This document shows, one piece after another, positions 1 through 12,609 of a DNA stretch of 64,000 nt (within the stretch, counting starts at the first letter, position 1; every line of letters starts with the position of its first letter). Source of the stretch: Chrysomallon squamiferum (lineage: Eukaryota; Animalia; Mollusca); NCBI GenBank assembly GCA_012295275.1, contig CM022667.1, forward strand, positions 124,001 to 188,000, given 5' to 3'. The translations under genes and the position numbers were made by a program. The notes below the pieces were generated by a model. It had not been told where the DNA came from and did not search any database. It saw only the letters and a list, made by a program, of their open reading frames with translations.

Positions 1-139
1 ATGCACAGAAAAAGTATGGCAATGATGGCTATACTATAAGCACCACCACCATTATTATATCACTTAATTTTTTTTTCTTCATATTTATTGCAACTGTTTA
101 TGATTTTTACCTGTAATATGAAAAATTAATAATAGCTAC

Positions 140-994
140 CTGTGTGAGATCTTTGTGAATTTGTTCCCCTTCTCCAGATTCATTAATGGAAGATGTCAGG
201 GATGATAACAGATGTACAAATTTGGGATTCTGCTGAACATCTTGGCTAGTTAGGTTCAATGACAAGTAGTTATTAACTGTTGAAAAAAAAAATTACTGTA
301 AATTTTGAGCTTTGTGTGGTTAATCTTCTTTCTTCTCATATTTAAAAATATTAAACTCTTAAATAGTAATATTACTTTTAAGTAATCAAACCAGTTAAAC
401 ATTATGTCCACAAATGTGAATTAGGCCAGAGAGTTTGATGGGTACGCAAAATGTTGAAAAATCTCATTACAAGTACTGTGTAAGTTATATTTATATATTA
501 TTTTATTTTTTAATTTTAATAATTTATTTTTGATGTTTAAAATAAATATAATTGTTCAGATTAACAATTACAGTGGACTATCAATAGTTGTGAGTTGAAT
601 GAAAGCTCTCGAAATTAACTGAATGAAGTGACAAAAAAAAAAGCCAGTTCTTTAATCTTCATTAAGCCATTTAAGGTGTACTGTATTATTCAAAATTAAT
701 TTCTAATTTAGTTTCTAATGAAATTCTTTGTAAGGCAATTTCATTATCAATGTGTTAATAATCAATTAATGATATTTTAAAACTGAAGTTTCAATGTGAA
801 TGTAAAAATTGTTTACAAATTACCGTATTCCTATTAAACTGGAAATAGAAATTAATTTATTAAATAATTTCCTTTGCAACATCTCTTGTCACAGTCTTGT
901 GTCCCTAATTTGATCATTATTTCACGATATTAAACTTACGTTTTTCGGTCGTTTCTAAAATTTGATCAGTTTCGACACGTTCCAAACCCGACAT
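140..994 (-). CDS. HAUS4: HAUS augmin-like complex subunit 4-like, 5' part (exon 1 994-940, exon 2 276-140; continues off the left edge)
   Basis: ATG at 994; exon 1 MSGLERVETDQILETTEK ends at c|gtaagt (phase 1). Exon 2 starts after ttttcaacag in matching phase, reads LNNYLSLNLTSQDVQQNPKFVHLLSSLTSSINESGEGEQIHKDLTQ and ends at cag|gtagct. It resembles the vertebrate HAUS4 N-terminus as recalled (NLSKEDLLQNPYFSKLLLNLSQHVDESG). Not in the ORF track. Confidence 0.75.
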
Positions 995-1121
995 TTTGTT
1001 TCAAAACTTGGCGGTGACATTTGTGGAAACCCCCACCAAGTCGGCTTGCTATTTTCATCGAATCCGCATTTTAGATGCCACCAGTGTGCGGCAATCGGAA
1101 GCAGATTTTTGAAAAATAAAT
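995..1121. promoter_or_regulatory. Compact bidirectional promoter / 5' UTR region between HAUS4-like and UBA2
   Basis: Only 127 bp separate the divergent ATGs (994 minus, 1122 plus). Locally GC/CpG-rich. Contains a CDE/CHR-like CCGCC-n4-TTTGAA on the minus strand (1014-1000) and an ETS-like CGGAAG near 1096-1101. Confidence 0.6.
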
Positions 1122-2045
1122 ATGGCGGCTGCCATCAAAGGTGTCTTGTGCGAAAGCGTGCGGGAAAATACGCACAACAGCAAAGTATTAGTGGTTGGTG
1201 CTGGTGGCATAGGATGCGAATTATTAAAAAATCTAGTTTTAACTGGGTTTAGAAATATTGAAGTGGTAATTACCAAAAGATCGCTTTAATTTTTATTTTT
1301 GTAATTTTGTTTTTAATTATTTGATTTCTCCCCACATTTATTTATAATTTTTGTATTTATTTATTTTTTAATATCTTATATTACTTATTAAATTTAATAG
1401 TTTCGTGAATACTCGGTCACAGTATGAGAACGATTTCATGAAAGGTGAAAATTAATGATTATGATGTATAATAAAGTAGCTGCATATCATGTGGTGTACA
1501 CCTAGAGTGGTAAGACCCGAGTGTTGAAATGACAGGACCAATAACTGAATAAGCAGAACTTAAAATTTAAATATATATTTGAGAAGGACCTTAATGAAAG
1601 TCATGATATTATTTATATAAAAATTTCAAGAATAATTTATTTTCTTCATTTTTTGTTTTCAGATTGATCTTGACACTATTGATGTTAGTAATCTCAATCG
1701 ACAGTTTCTCTTTAGAAAGGAACATGTGGGCAAACCAAAATCACAGGTTAAATTTTATTGATATATGAAGATACATTGCAGTGTTCAGTTTGTTGTGATT
1801 TTTTTTTTTTTTTTTTTTTTTTTTGTTGTTGCGATTACTAAGTAATGTTTATGAAAACTACAAAGGATTGATGCTGTTTAAGCTTATTATTCAATATGTT
1901 TTTGAATAAATTTTACTCAAATAGATATATTTATCAACTCAGATCCAGATGTCTGGTTTCTATCTCAGTTATTTTTATTTAAATGTAATGATTTTCATTT
2001 TAATTTTTTTTAATTTACATTTTATTATTAATGCTGTTGTTATCA

Positions 2046-2083
<38 letters not shown>

Positions 2084-4230
2084 GGTAGCCAAAGAAAGTG
2101 CTCTGAAGTTTAATCCAGATGCTGAAATAGTGGCTTACCATGACAGTATAATGGGGTGAGTTCCTAACTGTATATTTTTTATTGATACTTCTTATAGAAA
2201 CATCAGATGAAATATCAGAAATAAAATCCTTTATAAAACAAGAACTGATGTGACATATACATGAGAAAAATTAAAAAGGGTTTTACCTATCAACAACATG
2301 TTTTTCTATTTTATTATTAATAGATATTACCATTTCAGATAGAAAATAAAATATTTTTAGTCTAAATGTTTATATAGTGACATTTAAAAGATGATACACA
2401 CACACACACAAACATACATACTTATACATTGACATATTCACACCATATACACACATACACCTTTTATCATGAACATTTTTGATATAACTGACCAGATAAC
2501 TTTGATGTTTCAGTCCAGATTTTGGTGCTGATTTCTTCAAAAAGTTCAATCTGGTTATGAATGCTTTGGACAACAGAGGTAAAAATAACATAACAAAAAG
2601 CAGTGCAAAGAAAATTGATAGCATAGGTCATAAAAATATGGTGTTCAGTAATTCATGAATAAGCAGTACTTTTTTCCAAATCTATGTAAAGTCACCACGA
2701 ATATTTAATAATTAATAATATAAAACTGATCAGTGATGATTTGAAATGTATTTCTTTTTATCAATCAATTTTTGAATATTTGACATCAGCAATACGTATT
2801 TTATGTACATGCTTTTATGTGTGTATTTGAGTTTTTGTGTATGTATACAAATGACATATAATTTTAATACAATCTTTTTAATTGTTTGATAAATTTGGTA
2901 ATATTTTTGATAAACTCGTACATTGGTTTTTTTTCTACCTAATTCTTTATAATATATATAGGTCATCTTTTCTACCCTAAAAAAGAAATTTGAGGAATAT
3001 TAATGTATCATAGAATTATCACAGAGTAATTTTAAAAGTCAAATTTATCTATAAACCTAAATTTAACGAAAATATATTTGACTTTTTTATTTATTTATTT
3101 AATTTGTATTTTAAGCTGCTCGTAACCATGTAAACAGAATGTGTCTGGCAGCAGATGTACCCTTAATAGAAAGTGGATCAGCAGGGTATCTAGGACAAGT
3201 AACAGTCATCAAGAAGGTGAGATTCAGAAAATGTTGTCTCTGTGTGTGTGTGTAGACACACATACACACACACAGACAAACACATATATATGAAGAGCTT
3301 TTTGTTTTCTAATGCTCTACAATATACAGTTTTGTTCCATGCCATGATAATCAACATTATACAGCACAATCAGTATTTTGGGATTTGTCATATTTCGGAA
3401 AAGATCTCTTCACACACATACACATAAACATATATATATATATATCACTAAGTTGACTAACAGAAAACAAATTTTTTTTTACTCTAATATGAAATAGTTA
3501 AATTTACTCATTTGATGAACTTGTATAAAAAGATTATTATAATATTATTTTTTTAAATTTTAAATGATATTAAATAGGGAAAGGTTTTATCATGTTATTA
3601 CTTACGTTTACATTGAGATGATTTATTTGAACATTTCTAAATTAAAATGTTCTTATTATCCAGGGTTTAACAGAGTGTTACGAGTGCCAGCCTAAACCAA
3701 CACAGAAAACATTTCCTGGTTGTACCATCAGAAACACACCATCTGAACCTGTACACTGCATTGTGTGGGCCAAACACCTTTTCAAGTAAGCAGCTTTATC
3801 AAGTAAATCAGTTACATTTTCTTAAATAATGTTGTTAATAATTTTTTAAATATAGTTTTTATTTTATTTTGTTTTATTTTTTAGTATTGTATATGTTTTT
3901 GGGTGTTTTTTTTAAAGTATTTTCATAAATACTGTTTGTATTGTTTCTTTAATATTGTTTATATTATGTACATTTTGTTAAATATGTTAGTAATAAGTCT
4001 TTAAATACTGTTGAAAAGTAAAAAAAAAAGCTACAATAATGTATTCTGTCTCTTTATTTGTAATTTGTTTGAATCAACACTTATAAAGAAAAACTTATTC
4101 TTAATATTTTTTATTTATTTTGCTTGTTTTATTTTATATATGATGTATGTAGTATGTATATTTTTGTGTTTGTGTCTGTTTGTAGGTATGTTTATATATG
4201 TGTGTGCATGTATGTAGGTATAGAGATATA

Positions 4231-4265
<35 letters not shown>

Positions 4266-4296
4266 ATGTATTTATGTATGTATATATGTATGTATG

Positions 4297-4330
<34 letters not shown>

Positions 4331-6041
4331 TGTATGTATGTATGTATGTATGTATGTATTTATGTATTTATGTATGTATGTAGGTTGGTATGTTTGTATG
4401 TATTTTTTTTTTTTTTTTTTTTTCTATTTATTTTATTTTTAATTACTGTTTTCCCAGTCAGCTGTTTGGAGAAGAAGACCCAGATCAGGAAGTTTCACCT
4501 GACACAGAAGATCCTGAACTCACAGGTAAGATTATCTCTTAATCAAAAACAACCTAGTGGTTTGAGTTGACATCTAAAATATCACAGATCTCAGAATCTA
4601 TTCCTCTTAGTGCACTTCTTTACCAGTTTCTGTTACACAAGTTCACCATGGTTAACTGTAGGCTGTCAGCTATATATGGTATAAATGAAAATCAGCTACA
4701 AAATATATTTATAGAACTTGAGAATTATATCATGATCTGTATCTATAGAGGTAGTGGTGATGTTGAAAATTAAGAATCTCAACAACAAATATTTTTAAAA
4801 AATCCAAAAATTCTTTTCACTTGTCATTTTTGCAGATCAATTCTTTCATGCATAGATCTGAAGTTATATAGGTCTGATATTATTATTTTTATGTTTTATT
4901 TATTTATTATTTATAGTTTTTTAATCCTCTTTCAGTATTAAATATAGTTAATGACTCTTCTCATTCATAAATCAATATAAACTTAATTACTCTTGTCTGC
5001 ACATCACCATATTATCATTACTCATACTGTGAATGTTTTATTATTATTTTTTTTTTTGCAGCTGAGGCTGGTAAATCTGCACTAAATGCTGAAGCTAAAG
5101 ACAGCGAGGTTGGAGGTATTGAGAGGAAGTCAACCAGGACATGGGCAATGGAAACTGGGCACGATCCACAGAAAATATTTAATAAGGTTCAGAAATGATT
5201 TCATTACATACAGAGTCGAGTACTCGTTTTAATACGAAATAGCAGTTTACAATTATTTCACACTCTTATAGAAAAAAAACAATTTTAATAAATAAGTTTA
5301 TTAATCTGACTCAGTTATTATTTATTATTATTATTATCATTAATATTATTATGATTATTGTTGTAGTTGGTTTTGTTATCGTTTTGTCATAATTTTGTGA
5401 AATAATTGTATGAAATTTGTATGTGTTTTATAAATTTTATGACAAATCGATATTTTTAATTATTGTGGAAAGCTGATGGGAATCTGTATTTAATAATAAA
5501 ATATAAGAGGCAAGGGAAACATTCTTACTAGTTTTTTTCATTGTTAAATAAGTTTTTTCAAGTTCTAAAGAAGATTTATGTATTCAGTTGCAGGTTTAGA
5601 GATGTTTTTTAAATTACTACTGGTTTTTCTTTCAGTTATTCCGTGATGATATCAAATATTTGTTGTCAATGGAAACGTTATGGAAGAAAAGACGTCCACC
5701 TACCCCACTTGACTGGGATAACCTGCCAGATACAGGTAGATAAGTAATTTGTGTTACGGTTAAGTTACAACTGTTGTTTATTAAAATATATATTTTTTTT
5801 TCTTTTTATTTTAACACTTTTCTTTTATTATTATTGTTTGTTTTTTCCTTTAATTTTAAAAAACGAATTACTTTATTGTAATGTGTTTATTTCTTAGATA
5901 CTCAGAGACTGGTTATTTTTTAAAAAAAATATTTGATATTCAAATGAAATAATTTTGCACATTTCAGATGTTGTTTCCCAATTGCATAGGGTCTTTTTTT
6001 TTATAAGAACTCCTTTTCTTTTTTTCTTTTTTCTTATTTTC

Positions 6042-6090
<49 letters not shown>

Positions 6091-8016
6091 TTTTATTCAT
6101 TCATTTATTCAGAAACTTCAGGTGACAAAAGTTGTATGAGAGATCAGCATGTTTGGACGTTAAAGGAATGTGCCAATATTTTCAGCAAATGTTTAGCAGT
6201 TCTCAAGAAACAGTTTCATGATCAGGGTGACGGTGGTATGCTGATTTGGGATAAGGTACAGTTTACAATATTTTTACTATCACTTATATACAAGAGAGTG
6301 AATATACAATAAATTAAAATCAAGAACATGTTCAAAGTTTAAAAATAAATAAATAAATAAAGAATTTGTACTGATTTCTGTACTTTTGCAGCATGCAGTA
6401 ATAAATTCATGCTTTCCTGTCTGTGGGATGGTTGATTTTAAAACACTCCTCCTGCTAATGCAGCCTAAATTATGGAAATATCTTTTTGATAACTTGTAAC
6501 TATTATTAAACTAATATCAATTAATTAATTAATTCTATAATTAATGCTGCAGTTAGCAAGGCATCTCAGATTATTTTGTTTAATAAACACAACATTTTTA
6601 TTGGTTTTATTTATGTACTGCTGAAACCATATGTTTTTCATCTGTGTTTCCTTTTTGTTGCACAAGATCAAACTACCTCTTTTTATTTTACTGATTTTTA
6701 TTTTTTAAACACTAAAATATTTAGAAAAGATTTAAGTTTACATTATTGATATATCAAAGATAGATTATTTGTATCTCTTACTGGAATGATTTTTATGATT
6801 TAATTTATTATTTTTTATTTTTGTCTTTTTGTTTTAAAATTATGATGACACAGCTTTGGACTTTCTTATATATGTTGCTAACATCAGAACTCAAACAAAC
6901 ATTCTATATTTCATTTTAGCAATCTTATTATATTTTTTATTTTTTTTTATTTTTTTAACAGGATGATGATACAGCAATGGACTTTGTTACCAGTGTTGCT
7001 AATATCCGAGCTCATATATTTGGGATTCCAATGAAGTCTCGATTCGATATCAAATGTAAGTCCTATTATTATTAACGTTATTACATAATTTTAATTTCAA
7101 ATTTAAGCAGATTTAATTAATATATATTTATTTACTTGATTCACAGTTAATAGTCTGTTTTAGTTCTAAGATGACATGAAAAATATTTATTTTGTAAAAT
7201 CTTAATAATTTGTTGGTGGTACTTATCTTCTTCTTCTTTTTTTTTATTTTATTTTATGTTTTTTTACTTATTTAAAGACAAATTTTAGTTATTTGAAATG
7301 GTTAACATAAAATAAAACAAAGAATTATTTTAATGAAGATTATACATTTTCAGAAATGTTTTACTAAATTATTGGATGATTTCATAAAATCTGAAAGTAA
7401 ATTAAACTCAATAATTTCTTTCTGACTGTTTATTGTTATGGATTTAGCTTTATTTTTATTAAAATAGTTATTTTGCATTAAAGATTTATAGCTACATTAT
7501 TTTATTATTGATTTTTTTTTTTTTTTTTTTTTTTTTCTATTGTTATTTCAGCCACAGCTGGTCATATCATTCCTGCCATAGCAACAACAAATGCTATAAT
7601 TGCTGGTCTTCTTGTCATGGAAGCACTGAAGATTTTGGCTGGACGTATTGACCAGTGTAAAACAGTGAGTGTAGAAATAATTAAACTGATGTTTTATTAA
7701 TCATTAATTTAAAAAAAAAAAAAAAAAAAATTTAAATATTTTCTGAATATGCTAAGATGGTAATCACTAAATTGTTGGTTGTTGGGTGTTTTTTGAAAAA
7801 TGTTCCACTCCCACTTAAAATCATGTCACCTCTTGTCTTCCTGTTATTAGTAGAAGTTTGAATGATCTGCTAGTGTAATATAATCTAAATTGGCTAATTG
7901 CATCAGCCAGTAAACCCACTTTCATAACCTACCAATCTTCTAAATATGTATATTTTTTAAATATTTAGGTTGTCGTGTAAAAAGTAATATTTCAACACCA
8001 GGTATATTTAAATTAC

Positions 8017-8047
<31 letters not shown>

Positions 8048-11000
8048 ATTAATATGCACTATTTCAATATTTAAATTCTAATTTTCTTTTCTTTTTTTTC
8101 TTTTTTTTATAATTATTTTATTTCTTCAGGTGTATTTAAATCGTCAGCCAAATCCAAAGAAAAAACTTCTAGTGCCTTGTGAACTTGATAAACCGAATCC
8201 TAAGTGTTACGTGTGTTCATCTCGACCTGAGGTCACTGTCGCACTAAACACAAAGAAAATATCTGTGAAATATTTTGAAGACAAGGTAAATGATTTGATA
8301 TATTTATTTATTTTCTTCCTTTTTTCTTTGTTCTTGTGTTTACTGATCTTTTATTTAACTTGTGATGTAAATATAAACTACATTTGATTGAGGGGTTATC
8401 TTTTATTTATATTTTATTTTTATTTTTTTTTTTTTTTTTTTTTTGAAGCTATATTTATCAGGCTTATAAATTTGGATTTATGAAAGTTTAGAAATGTTTC
8501 TATGCTAAAGTGTTGTTCTTTTCTCTTGTTCTTTTTTTATTGTTTCTATTTTTATATATATTTTTTTTATTATTTAAAACATTTTTTTAGATTCTCAAGA
8601 GTGAGTTAAATATGGTAGCGCCAGATGTGGAGATTGAAGGAACAGGTTAATTAAATATTAAATACTTTATTTTAATGAGATTCCATCTTAACCTAACATT
8701 TATGTTTTATTTTCAATTCAAAAACAAATTGTTGAAATACACATATTTAGTTATAAACTATAGATCATTTTTTTTTTTGTGTTTTACCTGCAGTTAAAAT
8801 TTCATTTATAATAATAAGATATTAAATTGTACTATACTGCTATATAAAGTTAATATAAATTTTATTAGCAGTATAAACTTAAGTATTTTATTCATTTTAT
8901 TGTGTCTGTAAGCAATTACTTTATATTACTGTCCATGATCTATATTTAATATATATATAGTTACACAAATACACATTTACTCTATGTTATTTACATGTAA
9001 TTACTTTAATGTGTTCAGCTGTTAAATTTATTAAATTGTCTAAAAAAAACATTAGTTAATATTCCAGTCATATGTTATATTTTATGTACCATATATATTA
9101 ATAAAATTAAAATTAAAATATTTATTCGTTGTTTTAGGAAGTATATTAGTGTCTAGTGAAGAGGGTGAAACTGATGGTATGTTTTCTATAAATATTTTTA
9201 TTTTTCCACATTTAGAAATATATACAGGAAAACATTTTTTTTTAAATCAGAATGACATTTTTATTACTGGCAAATAAATGTCATTAATCATTTAATGAGT
9301 TGTAAATAGAAATGTGTCTTTGTAATTACAGTCATTTCATTTTTTTCACATAGTATCATATTGTAGCAGCAAAATCTTACATAATAATAAAAAATCAAAA
9401 TAAATAAATAAAATGAGAAATAACAAAACAGAAATATTATTTAAAAGTAAAATGTTTTCTTCAAAAATATATTTTTTTTATTTCATTATTTTTTTAATAA
9501 TATTTTATAGAAAACATGGACAAAATGTTAAGCGACTTTGCTATAGTTAATGGTACACGATTGAAATGTGACGATTTTCTTCAGAACTACGAATTGGTTG
9601 TTATCATTGCTCATGTGTAAGTCTTAATCACTTTTATTTATCAGTATCATTTATTCAATCATTCATTCATTCCTTAATTTGATTCTTTCATTCATTCGTT
9701 TATTTGTGTATTTATCACTATCAATCAGCATGTTTTATGAATGAGCCTTTATTAGGAGTCAAACTTTGGAGATAAAATCGAACAAGAGGTCATTTTTTCA
9801 TTATCCCCACATATGTTGTTCTTTTCATTGTTGCAAGAAATCTTTTACCTACAGTCTCCTGTAGAGAGAAAAACACAGACACCATATCAGTTCACATCTC
9901 AAAGCTAGCGTCAAGAAAATGCTTTTTATACTGTTTATTATTTTAATCCAGTGATAAACTAGAAGATGAGAAAGAGTTTGAAATTATTGGTGACATAGCC
10001 GAATTGCAGGCCAAGAAAGAAGAAAATGGCTCGGCAAGAACCAGCAATAGTGTTGATCAAAAGAAACAAGATCAAAGTAAGTTAACCCTTTGAATCTGGG
10101 ATCTCGATAGTTCAGTCTGTGTTTAACCCTACAAGCATCGTGGGCCAGTTGTTTTGGGCATGAAGAATGCCATCCAATGATTGCAGTGAATATAAAATTC
10201 TCAAAAAATGTAAACTTATGATTTCACTAATTAATTCAGAGGAGAATGTGAGACATGGACTTTTTCGTAAAAGACCAAATAAAAATTATTTAAAAATGGT
10301 TGGAGCAAAACCTATAAAGTGAGCAATGCTTGTAAGGTTAAATATCCACATCCCAGATTATCAATACTATGTTCTCTCAAATACATTTCATTAATGTGTT
10401 GATCCAGACATGTAAATATAATTCTGTCATAGTATTGTGTAGGTCTTGTGTAATTTGTAATAATGGCTTTGACTGGAAATCTACAATTTAAAAAAAATAA
10501 TCTTAAATTTCTTCACAATGAAAAGAAACTGAAAATCCAGGAAATGGCCATTTTTAAAGGCAACAAGGAAGCATGGTGTAAAATTTATGTTCCATTTCAG
10601 TTTTATAGTAGATAATTCAGTGGCTATACAAATGATTAGAATGGAAACCCGATATCTTGGTTTTAGAATGGTTTTTAATACAAAATGTGTGCAGGTTTAT
10701 TTAAATCATCAACCTAAAACAGAGAAATAAGATCATGTGACTTCTAATCATGTTTTGCACCATATTTTTAATTATTAGAAATGTTTTCCCAAGGTTTTAT
10801 TAATACCTTCAATGATTTATTTTGTGATTTCAGAAGATGAAGATGATGATTTGATGATCGTGGAACAGGAAGATGAGGTTGAAATCAAACATGTGCCATC
10901 CAAGAGGAAAATGGAAGAAGCAACAGATGAGACTGAACCCCCAGCTAAAAAGAAAGAAGCAGAAGAACGTGAGGTCGAATCTGCAGCTGGAAAGAAAAGG

Positions 11001-11342
11001 AAGGTCAACGAGGCAGGCGACAGCTCTTCCAACAGCTCCGCAACAACTTTGAAGAAGGCTAAACTTGACGAAAGCGACAACAGCAACGATGTTATTGAAA
11101 TAGATTTCGAACCAGGAGAGTCCGCAGCGTGCAAAGAACAGGGGAACAACGTGGCCGAGGATTTCGGCGAAGTCATTGAAATAGAGCATTCGGTTCTGAA
11201 AGTGAAACATCAAGAGACAGATGCTGTGGTGGACTCAGGAGAGGTTATTGAGATAGAAGACGATTCCCAGCCAGAGATTCCAAAATCAACAGATCAAAAA
11301 AATGCTTCTGGTAATCCAGATGATGTTATAGAGATTGACTGA
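1122..11342 (+). CDS. UBA2: SUMO-activating enzyme subunit 2 (SAE2/UBA2), 18 coding exons, 739 aa
   Basis: Exons 1122-1265, 1663-1746, 2085-2155, 2514-2578, 3116-3216, 3664-3785, 4458-4525, 5062-5186, 5636-5735, 6113-6255, 6962-7055, 7552-7664, 8130-8285, 8591-8645, 9138-9176, 9511-9616, 9952-10076, 10834-11342. All GT-AG, phases consistent, total 2220 nt. Motifs: [34 protein letters not shown] and CYVC Zn ligands, catalytic [27 protein letters not shown]. Confidence 0.97.
4230..4401. repeat. (GT)n/(ATGT)n microsatellite in UBA2 intron 6
   Basis: Direct reading of tandem tatg units; source of the spurious CMYV ORFs. Confidence 0.9.
6810..6900 (+). repeat. Degenerate upstream copy of the UBA2 exon 11 acceptor region and exon start
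   Basis: gatgacacagctttggactttcttatatatgttgctaacatcagaactca (6844 onward) aligns with exon 11 gatgatacagcaatggactttgttaccagtgttgctaatatccgagctca about 120 bp downstream. The AG is lost in the copy. Confidence 0.8.
10127..10337. mobile_element. piggyBac-type MITE in UBA2 intron 17
   Basis: TTAA at 10123-10126 and 10338-10341 flank inverted termini ccctacaagcat / atgcttgtaagg (1 mismatch); no ORF. Confidence 0.65.
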
Positions 11343-12200
11343 TTTTTAAATCATCGCTTTAAAAATCATTTTCTGAGGGACCATTTGTGAGTGACTTTTT
11401 ACCCAAAGTTCCTACCGATCATACTGACTTAATCTAATCTTATTTGAATCGAATATGATACCTTTAGAAGAAATTTTTGTGTTTTTTTTTTTTTTTTTTT
11501 TTTTTTTAAATAGTGTTAATAATTGTTAAATTGAAACTTGTTTTGGGATATTTTTTTATACTGAAAATAGAAATATTTTCTACTAAGAGGATTATTTTGT
11601 TGTAAAAAAAAAAAATGTGAATAAACCAAATGTAAAACTGTTATTTGGGTAAAAAAAAAAATTCTAATCAAACTTGTATATATGTTAAAACAGAAAACTG
11701 GTTTTCTGTCAGTTCATTCTTTTCTTTTTTTAACATCTTTATCAGAGTAACATCCACTTCCATTATTTAATGGTTCAATATTAAAGTGACAAATCTTTAT
11801 CAATCATTATGAAAAATCATTTTCTTCATATTTCATTTTGTGATGCCATCATAACATTCATTTAATCAACATTTGTGATTTGTTCCAGTGAACAGTACAT
11901 AAAATTTACAGATTTTTTCATTTTGTTTAATGTTGTTCCTATAACTTATTTATTTATTTTCTTTTTTAAATAGGTATTGTTTTTACATTTATACATGTAT
12001 AACTATTCAAAAAGGGACAAAATGCAGATTAAGGAATGAAAACATCTAATTTTTTACGACTTTTCAAAATAAAGTATTTTAAATTCGACAGGTGAGAGCA
12101 AATGAATCATACATATTTATTTTCTATTTTTTAATTTTTTTAATATTTTCATCAGTTAAAAAGATGTTGAATCCAGTTACAGGACCCACAGAAGCAATAA

Positions 12201-12235
<35 letters not shown>

Positions 12236-12575
12236 TTAAAACCAAAAAACCAAAAGTTATTTCCACAGGTATTTAAAGCTTTCTGTACTTTTCATGGAAA
12301 TTGTCTCACCTGTGTTGTTTTATATTCTCTTTCTGCAAGCAGCATCATGTATCACTTCAACTATTTTGTGTACATACCTCATTCAGGGTGTTGTTTGTCG
12401 TGTATGTATATTTTGAAAATAGATATCTTCAGTCAGTTATAATCATTGAAACACACTCTGTCGAGTATTTAGTTTGCTCTGTTGATGAATCTCAGGGTAG
12501 GACACATTCATCACAAGACAGTTAAATAAATCCAGTTTCGTACTTCATCACTTGTTTTGTTTTTAATTTAAAAAC

Positions 12576-12609
<34 letters not shown>

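Noticed and set aside
962-1276. 96-aa plus ORF and 73-aa minus ORF
   Set aside because: Off-frame or antisense to UBA2 exon 1, whose true frame starts at 1122.
4011-4570. CMYV-rich ORFs
   Set aside because: Translations of GT/ATGT microsatellites inside a UBA2 intron.
10817-11213. Two minus-strand ORFs (119 and 127 aa)
   Set aside because: Antisense shadows of the UBA2 terminal exon; no independent signals.
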